Virus record (IMG/VR): IMGVR_UViG_3300042515_001753
Coordinates: 169,887 to 233,886 of that record
Strand: one strand, 5' to 3'
DNA: 64,000 nt
Shown here in pieces: positions 26,400-35,297 of this stretch. Position numbers and translations under genes: made by a program. The notes under the pieces were generated by a model, which saw only the letters and a list, made by a program, of their open reading frames with translations, was not told the DNA's origin and searched no databases. Numbering within the stretch: the stretch's first letter is position 1; each line of letters opens with the position of its first letter.

Positions 26400-29300
26400 T
26401 TATACTATGTATTTACCGGAAACACAAACTGTTAAACTGTTAGTATAACTCGAAAATGCTCTGATCGTTTCTAAAATACCAAGTCTTGTTGGTCTTTCTA
26501 AAATTTCAACAATACTGTTTTTCGGAATAGTGAGATTACGAACTAGAAATCCAACTCTAACTCCAGAACTATTGAAGATAGAAATACTAGCATTAATATC
26601 TATGTTTAGATTATAATTACACAGACGAATTGATTGAATAACTGAAGGATATGTTGTAGATGTAAAAACTGTTTGAGTACCACTTAATATAATAGCACCA
26701 GTTCCAAAGAAATTAGTATCAGTTTTAGTTGAAAAAGTGATAAATGTACTTAGACCATTATTGATACCAATAGAAGAAGTGGTTGTACCATTTAGTGCCT
26801 GGAATCTCAAAATATCTGATGGTCCTGCAACCATTGGTTGTTGTATTAGTTCTACGGATCCTTCATAAGGAACAATTAATCTATTTGCTATAGGGACATT
26901 AGAACCACCACTAAAATCATGTCTAGCTGCTAAGTATAAGTCATCGGTGTAAATATTTGCAACGTAAATAGACTCAATTATATACCTACTACCAACAGTT
27001 GATGGAAATGTATAAATTGCTGTTGGTCCAGTAGTAATATCAGTTCCAGAACCTGCAGTTACATCAACAAATTCCCTGTTTGTAAGGTCAGTATTAAAAG
27101 CTCCAGATCCTCCACCACCGGCACCGCCGGAACTTCCTTGAACACCTTGATTACTTAAACCTTGAGTACCTTGAAGACCCTGAGTACCTTGACCGGCATT
27201 TTGTCCCGCTATTCCCTGAACACCTTGAGTTCCTTGGCGACCCTGAAGACCCTGAAGACCCTGAGTACCTTGACCGGCATTTTGTCCCGCTATTCCCTGA
27301 ACACCTTGAGTACCTTGAAGACCCTGAGTACCTTGACCGGCATTTTGTCCCGCTATTCCCTGAACACCTTGAGTTCCTTGGCGACCCTGAGTACCTTGAC
27401 CGGCATTTTGTCCCGCTATTCCCTGAACACCTTGAGGTCCTTGAGTACCTTGAAGACCCTGAGTACCTTGACCGGCATTTTGTCCCGCTATTCCCTGAAC
27501 ACCTTGAGTACCTTGAGTACCTTGAAGACCCTGAAGACCCTGAGTACCTTGACCGGCAGTTTGTCCCGCTATTCCCTGAACACCTTGAGTTCCTTGGCGA
27601 CCCTGAAGACCTTGAAGACCTTGAAGACCCTGAGTACCTTGACCGGCATTTGCACCTGAAGTTCCTTGAGTACCCTGACCTTGAGGTCCTTGAGTACCTT
27701 GAAGACCCTGAGTACCTTGACCGGCATTTTGTCCCGCTATTCCCTGAACACCTTGAGTACCTTGAGTACCTTGAAGACCCTGAGTACCTTGACCGGCATT
27801 TTGTCCCGCTATTCCCTGAAGACCCTGAGTTCCTTGGCGACCCTGAAGACCCTGAAGACCCTGAGTACCTTGACCGGCATTTTGTCCCGCTATTCCCTGA
27901 ACACCTTGAGTACCTTGAGTACCTTGAAGACCCTGAGTACCTTGAGTACCTTGACCGGCATTTTGTCCCGCTATTCCCTGAAGACCCTGAGTTCCTTGGC
28001 GACCCTGAAGACCCTGAAGACCCTGAGTGCCTTGAGTTCCTTGAGTACCCTGTGTACCTTGAGTGCCTTGAAGACCTTGAAGACCCTGAGTACCTTGACC
28101 GGCATTTTGTCCCGCTATTCCCTGAAGACCCTGAGTTCCTTGGCGACCCTGAAGACCCTGAAGACCCTGAGTGCCTTGAGTTCCTTGAGTACCCTGTGTA
28201 CCCTGTGTACCTTGAGTGCCTTGAAGACCTTGAAGACCCTGAGTACCTTGACCGGCATTTTGTCCCGCTATTCCCTGAAGACCCTGAGTTCCTTGGCGAC
28301 CCTGAAGACCCTGAAGACCCTGAGTGCCTTGAGTTCCTTGAGTACCCTGTGTACCCTGTGTACCTTGAGTGCCTTGAAGACCTTGTGAACCAGAAGTACC
28401 TTGAGTGCCTTGGCGACCTTGAAGACCCTGAGCACCCTGAAGACCCTGAGTGCCTTGAAGACCTTGAAGACCTTGAAGACCTTGAAGACCTTGAAGACCT
28501 TGAAGACCTTGAAGACCTTGAAGACCCTGAGTACCTTGAGTACCCTGAGTGCCTTGGAGACCTTGGGTTCCTTGAGTACCTGTACCTCCCGTTACTCCAG
28601 CAGTACCTTGAAGACCCTGAGTACCTTGAGTGCCTTGAAGACCCTGGGTTCCTTGAGTGCCTTGAAGACCTTGAGTACCTTGAAGACCCTGGTTCCCCTG
28701 AGTTCCTTGCGTACCTTGAGTACCTTGAGTTCCTTGGCGACCCTGAAGACCTTGAAGACCCTGAGTACCTTGACGACCTTGAGTTCCTTGGAGACCTTGA
28801 GTTCCTTGAAGACCTTGATTACCTTGAAGACCCTGAGTACCTTGAAGACCTTGAAGACCGGCGGCAAAGGAAGGAGTCCAACTTACGCCTATGCCAGTAG
28901 AAATCAATACAGATCCGGCAACACCTACATTATTATAAATGTCTCTAAGAGTTGAATCTAGTTCAATTCCCCCAGTAAAAATAGAATCTCCACCAACATT
29001 TAGATTTTTTTCAATTCCAACTCCACCTTCTGTAATAATTGATCCAGTATTTTTATCTGTAGATTCTGTTGGGTCGTTTACATAAATTGCATCATTAATT
29101 TGAGTTGTTCCAGCACTTGAGTCTAAAATCAGATTTCCAACATTTGTACTGACCGTGTTTGTATCAAGTTTAATATTATCAAATGTACCTACTCCAGTAA
29201 CATTTAGATTATTAACATTAACTTGAGAACTAAATGTGGAAACACCAGATACATTTAATCGATTGAGTGTGGTTGATTGGTAAACCTGAAGATTTTGAGT

Positions 29301-30398
29301 TGTGGTAAGACCAGTAACTCCTAAATCACTATTAATATTAACTTTTTGTAAGAGTGTTGAAACTCCAGTTACATATAAATTTGTTATATCAAAACCACCG
29401 ACAAATTTTAATGCTGTTACAATACCCGTAAAGAAAGCACTTGTTCCGGTAACAAATCCAACTGTAGTAATTCCAGTAACTTGAAGATTTCTAGTTGTTG
29501 TAGTTCCAGTTACATTAAGATTATCAATCGTGGTTCCACCCTTAAAACTAGATATTCCTAAAACATCTAGTAAAACCTTTGGTTGAGTGCTTCCAACTCC
29601 AACTCTACTATTAAGGTCATCAAATACAAAATTAGGGGCACCATCAACTAATCCAACATTATTATTATATTGAATATTTGTATAAGTTCCACCAGCTCCT
29701 GATCTAATTGTTGATTGATTAGTCCAATTTAATCCACCAAAGGCATTTTTAACTAGTATATCCTGAGTTACTCCAGGTTGATTATTAGAATCATAAATTG
29801 TTCCTGTAAGTCTAATATCTCCTTGAACGTGTAATTCTTGTGTGGGATCTGTGGTTCCTATACCAACTAATCCATCTGGTTTTACCGTAAAAATTGATCC
29901 ACCAGTTCCAACATTTAATCCGTTACCAATTGTTAAAATGCCAACAGAACTATTGAAAACTAAACTTGAAGATGTTGCAAAATCATTATTTTCTTTGAAT
30001 AAAACTCCCCCATTATTTCCAGGAGGAGATACTGTTATAGTAGCAGCAATTCCAGGAGATCCATCAAAATTTAAGTAACCCTGAACCGCAATTGCACTTC
30101 CTTTGAAATTGAGTTGAGAGATGCTACTAATACCTCCAGCAGGTGTTATAATACCTTCTTCATAGACACTAATTGCTCCAGGAATCAATCCTCCACCAAC
30201 AGGAATCCAATATCTTTCTCCCGGTCTTTCCAGAAGAGATATAACCTGATATTGAGTTCCTACCGGTATTAATTCTCCAGGTACTTCAGGATCTCCAAGA
30301 TTTGGTTCTGCTTGATCTAAGTCTAGATATCTATATCTATCCGTAGAAAGTCCAGATTGGGGAGTTCTTTTAACTCTATTACTAAGATATCTTGGCAT
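26400..30398 (-). CDS. Collagen-like tail fibre protein
   Basis: 1332 aa; fibre-type N-terminus (VGIGTT motifs), a long uninterrupted-looking Gly-X-Gln tract and a globular C-terminus. Confidence 0.85.
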   Translation of the reverse strand: MPRYLSNRVKRTPQSGLSTDRYRYLDLDQAEPNLGDPEVPGELIPVGTQYQVISLLERPGERYWIPVGGGLIPGAISVYEEGIITPAGGISSISQLNFKGSAIAVQGYLNFDGSPGIAATITVSPPGNNGGVLFKENNDFATSSSLVFNSSVGILTIGNGLNVGTGGSIFTVKPDGLVGIGTTDPTQELHVQGDIRLTGTIYDSNNQPGVTQDILVKNAFGGLNWTNQSTIRSGAGGTYTNIQYNNNVGLVDGAPNFVFDDLNSRVGVGSTQPKVLLDVLGISSFKGGTTIDNLNVTGTTTTRNLQVTGITTVGFVTGTSAFFTGIVTALKFVGGFDITNLYVTGVSTLLQKVNINSDLGVTGLTTTQNLQVYQSTTLNRLNVSGVSTFSSQVNVNNLNVTGVGTFDNIKLDTNTVSTNVGNLILDSSAGTTQINDAIYVNDPTESTDKNTGSIITEGGVGIEKNLNVGGDSIFTGGIELDSTLRDIYNNVGVAGSVLISTGIGVSWTPSFAAGLQGLQGTQGLQGNQGLQGTQGLQGTQGRQGTQGLQGLQGRQGTQGTQGTQGTQGNQGLQGTQGLQGTQGTQGLQGTQGTQGLQGTAGVTGGTGTQGTQGLQGTQGTQGTQGLQGLQGLQGLQGLQGLQGLQGLQGTQGLQGAQGLQGRQGTQGTSGSQGLQGTQGTQGTQGTQGTQGTQGLQGLQGRQGTQGLQGIAGQNAGQGTQGLQGLQGTQGTQGTQGTQGTQGTQGLQGLQGRQGTQGLQGIAGQNAGQGTQGLQGLQGTQGTQGTQGTQGTQGLQGLQGRQGTQGLQGIAGQNAGQGTQGTQGLQGTQGTQGVQGIAGQNAGQGTQGLQGLQGRQGTQGLQGIAGQNAGQGTQGLQGTQGTQGVQGIAGQNAGQGTQGLQGTQGPQGQGTQGTSGANAGQGTQGLQGLQGLQGRQGTQGVQGIAGQTAGQGTQGLQGLQGTQGTQGVQGIAGQNAGQGTQGLQGTQGPQGVQGIAGQNAGQGTQGRQGTQGVQGIAGQNAGQGTQGLQGTQGVQGIAGQNAGQGTQGLQGLQGRQGTQGVQGIAGQNAGQGTQGLQGTQGLSNQGVQGSSGGAGGGGSGAFNTDLTNREFVDVTAGSGTDITTGPTAIYTFPSTVGSRYIIESIYVANIYTDDLYLAARHDFSGGSNVPIANRLIVPYEGSVELIQQPMVAGPSDILRFQALNGTTTSSIGINNGLSTFITFSTKTDTNFFGTGAIILSGTQTVFTSTTYPSVIQSIRLCNYNLNIDINASISIFNSSGVRVGFLVRNLTIPKNSIVEILERPTRLGILETIRAFSSYTNSLTVCVSGKYIV
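27136..28858 (-). repeat. Collagen-coding 9-bp tandem repeat with higher-order QGIAGQNAG blocks
   Basis: Plus-strand units such as ccttgaaga and ccttgagta; recurrent block accggcattttgtcccgctattccctga. Confidence 0.95.
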
Positions 30399-30400
30399 AA

Positions 30401-31069
30401 TTAGGTTGTACTATTCTCAAGAATGCTACAAATAAATTCCATTTGAAGCGGTCCCACTTCCCCCCCACTTAAGTAAGTATGAGCAATACCGACAACTTTT
30501 CCAGAATTAGTAACAAAAGTTTTTGATGTTCCAACACTTCCGATTATAGAATCAATAGTAAAAGATTGTTGAGGTGATGGGAAAATAGATGTGGTTAATC
30601 CAAATGATCCACTACAAGTAAATGCCAATCCACTCATAGTGACTTCATCATTTACATTAAAATTATGAGGGCTAATTGTTGTAATTGTTGTAATTCCACT
30701 ATTATTATCATATAAACAATTAGTAATTGATACAATACCTGCCTGAGTTCCTTCCACCACAACCGAATCATTAATTATGGCAGTTCTTTCTAATACTAAT
30801 CTCCCATCAATAATTACCACCGCATCATTTGGTGGTATTTCTACATCTTTAACGACTCTAATACTTCTAGTATTACCAGCAGTTCTTGCCGATGAACTTG
30901 TTCTTCTGTGTGTAAGAGATACTGTCGGAAAAGTATTAACCCCCACATTTGCAACCTGAGCATAAAGAAGAATTGCAGAAACTCCAATCGGAGTTGTATA
31001 TACTATTTGCTCTCCCGGAGCAACTGGAACTGCAATAGTTAAAAATTTATTAAGTGGTGCGACTGCCAT
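30401..31069 (-). CDS. Virion structural protein (probable)
   Basis: 222 aa, beta-rich, within the late structural run. Confidence 0.6.
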   Translation of the reverse strand: MAVAPLNKFLTIAVPVAPGEQIVYTTPIGVSAILLYAQVANVGVNTFPTVSLTHRRTSSSARTAGNTRSIRVVKDVEIPPNDAVVIIDGRLVLERTAIINDSVVVEGTQAGIVSITNCLYDNNSGITTITTISPHNFNVNDEVTMSGLAFTCSGSFGLTTSIFPSPQQSFTIDSIIGSVGTSKTFVTNSGKVVGIAHTYLSGGEVGPLQMEFICSILENSTT

Positions 31070-31072
31070 ATC

Positions 31073-34003
31073 TTATCTCAGTGCAAGTATGAGTGGCGTA
31101 ACTTCTGCCTGTATTGCCTTACTAAAATCTCTTCCTCGTATTGTTGCTGATGGTTGATTAATTTGAAATCCCTCACCAATATCAAAATTACCTTTTTGAT
31201 CGGTACTTGTAAATGGAATTTGTGCTCCATCCAAGGCAACAACTTCATTTTCTTTAATAGAAACACCACCCTTAAATGGCGTTGATGTATTTATGTTAGT
31301 TCCAGTTCCAATATATTCAAAGGAATGAGAACTTGTAAGAATACGAGTAATCCTCTTTAATGATACTTCTTCTCCTCCAAATAATTCATATGGAATAAAT
31401 TGATTAAATGTGACGGTTGTAATTCCAGTAACGGAAGTTGTTTCCGTTGCAGAATCAATTGTAAAGTAAATCGGTTGAGTAACAATTGTCGCCGCTGCCC
31501 CTCCTGTACCATCAATAAAAACTTCTAAATTCTGCGTCGGTAAATAATTTCTTCCACTATTTACAACATCTATTGATATGATTGCTCCAGAAACTTCATC
31601 AACAGTCGGACTTAATTCTGCAATAATTCCTTGAGGACCTTTTGGTTGTTGAGATAGGTCACCAGAATCACGGATAATTATAGTTGGAGGATTTGCCGAA
31701 CTATATCCAGACCCGCCATTTGTAACCGTAATTGACTGTATTTGTATCATCGGTTCCTGAAGTATTCCACTTCCTTGAGCATCCGGATAATTATCTAAAT
31801 TAATCTCAAAGAAAAGTGCCTGACCATCATAAGGTCTTCTAACAAGATTAAGAGAGTCTTTCATATTAGCAAATGTAACTTTATCACTTCCGGCATCAAC
31901 ACCAGGTTGTGTTCTTGTTGGAGGAAATGTGCTTACAATTCCAGTAAATTCAGTACTACCTAATCCAACGGCAACCAATCCAAAATTACCAAAAGATGAG
32001 TTAGAATTAGTAAGGTCACAAGAACCACCACTGTCCGCATAAATTCCAATATCACAATTAATTGTAAAGATAGAAACTAACTGGGCATATCCATTATTTG
32101 TAATAGAAACTCCAATACCTGCCTCATTATATTGTGTAAATGAATCACAAACCATACACTTCAAATCGGCACCAATTGTCGATGCAGTTGCGTGATTACC
32201 ATCAATTTTCATACCAATACTTTTAGTCATAAAGTTGGTACAGTTTCTTATGTATGGACTTCTCCATCTTCCGCTTGGACCTTCATTTGCTGGTCCTGGG
32301 GCAATATAACCAGAAACTGCATAATTTGAAGGATTTGTAGGTGGAAATGCTACTGCACCGGCACCAGTATGAGCAATAGAAATATTAGAACCAGAAAAAT
32401 TTACATTTTCTATTAGACATCCTCGTCTTACGTGAAATACATCTTTAGTTACATTATTTGGAACAATAGTAACTAATCTTAAATCTTGCCCGGAAACTGA
32501 AACATCAGTTCTCAAACCAATTGGATTATCTTCAAAGTAAACACCGGAACGAACAAAAATTGTATCTCCATCTTGAGCAACAGATGCAGCTGCACCAATA
32601 GTTCTTTTAGAATCTCCTTCCAAATATCCAGTATTTAAATCATTTCCATCCATCGTAACCCAAATAGCATTTTGTGTCTGAACTCCCGGTGGTCTCCAAG
32701 ATACACCAGTTCCTACAGATGATAAGCGATAATCAAATTTTCCAGTTGCTGTACTATTATTGATATCAATAAGAGATGAATTTAGTTCTACAGTATTTTG
32801 AAATACTGATACTCCATCAACAGTTAGGGTACTAGCAAGTGTAGTAGCGCCGCCAACATTTAAGGTACTAGCAAGAGAAGTAGCACCGCCAACAATTAAT
32901 TGATTTCTTAAAGTTGCAATACCAATTACATCTAAGGTACTAGCAAGAGAAGTGGCACCACCAACATTTAATTGATTTCTTAAAGTTGTAATACCAATTA
33001 CATCTAGAGTATTATTAAGTGTGGTGGCACCATCAACATCTAAAGTATTATTAAGTGTAGTGGCACCATCAACATCTAAAGTACTATTAAGTGTGGTAGC
33101 AAGGTCAACATCCAGAGTATTATTAAGTGTGGTAGCAAGGTCAACATCCAGAGTATTATTAAGTGTAGTGGCACCATCAACATCTAAAGTACTATTAAGT
33201 GTGGTAGCAAGGTCAACATCCAGAGTATTATTAAGTGTAGTGGCACCATCAACATCTAAAGTACTATTAAGTGTGGTGGCAAGGTCAACATCCAGAGTAT
33301 TATTAAGTGTGGTAGCACCATCAACATCTAAAGTTAAATTTAAAGTAGTATCACCATCAACATTTAGAGTTGAATCAAAATCAACTGCTCCGGTTGCGTG
33401 GACTGTTCCAGTAATATCTAAAGTTGAGGATGGGACAGTTATTCCAATTCCAACGTTAGATATCCTGTAAATATCTGAACCAGATAAAGACCATCTATCA
33501 GAAATAACAATATTTGCAAAACTTGTATTAACACCAGAAATAGTAGCACTTACAAGATTATTTGGGTCGTTTCCATCAAGAAAATTTAGATTAGAAACTG
33601 TTCCTTGAAAGTTAGTCTCATCATATATTCCAATTGTTTGCAACGGAGTTCCAATTCCAGAGACATCACCCCAAAAAACACTATTACCATCACTTAAAAG
33701 AACTTGTCCCAGAGTTCCTTTATTTCTAAATTTATCTCGAAGAGGTCCGTCGAGATAAATGTCTTGATTAAATGTAGTAACACCAGAAATTAAAGCATTA
33801 CCAATTACTTCGAGTGCTCTTGATGGAGTTGTGGTTCCGATTCCAACTTTATCATATACAATTAAATTATCAGCGAGTAAATTAATTAAGTCCTGTGGTG
33901 GTTTATAAGTTTCACCAAAATCGGCATCCGGTTCGGGTACAAACTCTATTTCTGGAGAAACAAAATACTTTTTTGCGTAGGTGAAAGTACTAAATGCTGT
34001 CAT
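31073..34003 (-). CDS. Tail fibre/spike protein with 13-aa repeats and a pectate-lyase-like beta-helix region
   Basis: LNNTLDVDLATT repeats; IWVTMDGND...KRTIGAA..GDTIFVRSGVY; GGYSS.NPPT repeats. Confidence 0.75.
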   Translation of the reverse strand: MTAFSTFTYAKKYFVSPEIEFVPEPDADFGETYKPPQDLINLLADNLIVYDKVGIGTTTPSRALEVIGNALISGVTTFNQDIYLDGPLRDKFRNKGTLGQVLLSDGNSVFWGDVSGIGTPLQTIGIYDETNFQGTVSNLNFLDGNDPNNLVSATISGVNTSFANIVISDRWSLSGSDIYRISNVGIGITVPSSTLDITGTVHATGAVDFDSTLNVDGDTTLNLTLDVDGATTLNNTLDVDLATTLNSTLDVDGATTLNNTLDVDLATTLNSTLDVDGATTLNNTLDVDLATTLNNTLDVDLATTLNSTLDVDGATTLNNTLDVDGATTLNNTLDVIGITTLRNQLNVGGATSLASTLDVIGIATLRNQLIVGGATSLASTLNVGGATTLASTLTVDGVSVFQNTVELNSSLIDINNSTATGKFDYRLSSVGTGVSWRPPGVQTQNAIWVTMDGNDLNTGYLEGDSKRTIGAAASVAQDGDTIFVRSGVYFEDNPIGLRTDVSVSGQDLRLVTIVPNNVTKDVFHVRRGCLIENVNFSGSNISIAHTGAGAVAFPPTNPSNYAVSGYIAPGPANEGPSGRWRSPYIRNCTNFMTKSIGMKIDGNHATASTIGADLKCMVCDSFTQYNEAGIGVSITNNGYAQLVSIFTINCDIGIYADSGGSCDLTNSNSSFGNFGLVAVGLGSTEFTGIVSTFPPTRTQPGVDAGSDKVTFANMKDSLNLVRRPYDGQALFFEINLDNYPDAQGSGILQEPMIQIQSITVTNGGSGYSSANPPTIIIRDSGDLSQQPKGPQGIIAELSPTVDEVSGAIISIDVVNSGRNYLPTQNLEVFIDGTGGAAATIVTQPIYFTIDSATETTSVTGITTVTFNQFIPYELFGGEEVSLKRITRILTSSHSFEYIGTGTNINTSTPFKGGVSIKENEVVALDGAQIPFTSTDQKGNFDIGEGFQINQPSATIRGRDFSKAIQAEVTPLILALR
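33001..33370 (-). repeat. 39-bp (13-aa) tandem repeat
   Basis: Alternating LNNTLDVDLATT and LNSTLDVDGATT units, nearly identical at DNA level. Confidence 0.9.
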
Positions 34004-34006
34004 TTC

Positions 34007-34714
34007 TTATAAATTACTTTTTTTATCATAATGATAACCAACAATAGACCTTTCAGAATTATCTCCCGGATAATCTTCTATGTCCCCTTCATATTCTACT
34101 ATTAATTTTTCAGTATCCATTCTTTCCCCAAATATATGATAAAAACAGCATACTGGAGTATTTTCTGCAGATTCTAATACAATTTCTTTACTATCAAACT
34201 CTTTCACAAAAATATTCTGATGAGAACCAATTGGAGTAACCGAGATTGTGATTGTATTCGGATCCACAAGTTTTTCCCAGTATTCGGGAAGTTTAATTAT
34301 ATTTGTATTTATTAATTTTCCCCGAACATATACTGCCGCTTCTGGACCCTCAAGACAACTATGAGTCAGTCTCCAACCTTCCTTTGTTGGGTGAGGAATA
34401 TCAAAGTTTTTCTTTGATGAAAGTCTATGTTTTCCATTATTTGAATAAACTTCTCCTTTTGCCTTAACATTCTTTCCTACATTTACATTTCCATCTACAT
34501 TAACATCTTTTTTGACATTCACATTCTTCTTAACATTCACATTACCATCAGTATTGATATCAGGAGTTGTGGGTTCATCTGGACTTTTGATTACATTCAG
34601 AGTTCCATAAAGATTAGAATCCGCCCCATTTCCTGGATAAACTTCCATTCCAGACCACATTATTGGAGCCTTATTGAAGTTTATTTCTTTACTTAGATAG
34701 GTCTTGTCTGCCAT
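34007..34714 (-). CDS. Baseplate/spike-associated structural protein
   Basis: VNVKKNVNV beta-helix-like run; KKNFDIPHP..GWRL.HSCLEGPEAAVYVRG domain. Confidence 0.6.
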   Translation of the reverse strand: MADKTYLSKEINFNKAPIMWSGMEVYPGNGADSNLYGTLNVIKSPDEPTTPDINTDGNVNVKKNVNVKKDVNVDGNVNVGKNVKAKGEVYSNNGKHRLSSKKNFDIPHPTKEGWRLTHSCLEGPEAAVYVRGKLINTNIIKLPEYWEKLVDPNTITISVTPIGSHQNIFVKEFDSKEIVLESAENTPVCCFYHIFGERMDTEKLIVEYEGDIEDYPGDNSERSIVGYHYDKKSNL

Positions 34715-34718
34715 ATGA

Positions 34719-35297
34719 TTATCCTATCGCTCCGTATTTATTTGTGCCACCGGCATTAAAAGTTTCTGCAACATTATCATCACCACAGGGAGAACCAGCA
34801 GGAAATATTTTTTCTCCGCTAGAGGTTCCTTTAGGAGCGAGATTGCCAGTCTTTGCTATACAGTCCGCCTGATTTGATTGAGTTACAACACGAGAACCAG
34901 CCTTAATATTTACATTTTTACCTGCCGTCAGGTTAATGTTTTCATCGGCATCAAGAATTATATTTTTTGCTCGGATTCTAACATTACCATTTCTTTCTGC
35001 CGTGATTGTTATATCTCCATTCTTACCGGCAATTACAATATCTACTCCACCACCTGAATTATTTTGCCCCGCAACAATTTCTATTGAACGGTCATTATAA
35101 ATCTTAAAGAGACCGTTACCATTACTTAGACCGAGTGTATTAATATCCTTATCATCGGTAACTCCGTACATAGTATAAACATCTGGACCATCCAATCCCA
35201 ACTGCGGATTTTTAACATCTATTCCGAAGTTGGGTCCCAGTTTCCAATAACTTCTTTCTTCCCAGTTTGCCTCTCTAGCCATTTTTATACCACACAA
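34719..35297 (-). CDS. gp5 C-terminal beta-helix-like spike protein
   Basis: GDITITAE.NGNVRIRAKNIILDADENINLTAGKNVNIKAG repeats typical of gp5/VgrG needles. Confidence 0.6.
   Translation of the reverse strand: MCGIKMAREANWEERSYWKLGPNFGIDVKNPQLGLDGPDVYTMYGVTDDKDINTLGLSNGNGLFKIYNDRSIEIVAGQNNSGGGVDIVIAGKNGDITITAERNGNVRIRAKNIILDADENINLTAGKNVNIKAGSRVVTQSNQADCIAKTGNLAPKGTSSGEKIFPAGSPCGDDNVAETFNAGGTNKYGAIG

Noticed and set aside
27136-28858. Possible CRISPR array
   Set aside because: Units are in-frame codon repeats inside a CDS, with no unique spacers and no cas genes.
27162-28955. Long plus-strand ORFs (416, 240, 184 and 165 aa) with EDL/TLK repeats
   Set aside because: They are antisense or frame shadows of the 9-bp collagen repeat, which lacks stops in several frames; no RBS or independent signal.
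33021-33470. 149-aa plus-strand repeat ORF
   Set aside because: It is an antisense shadow of the 39-bp repeat.
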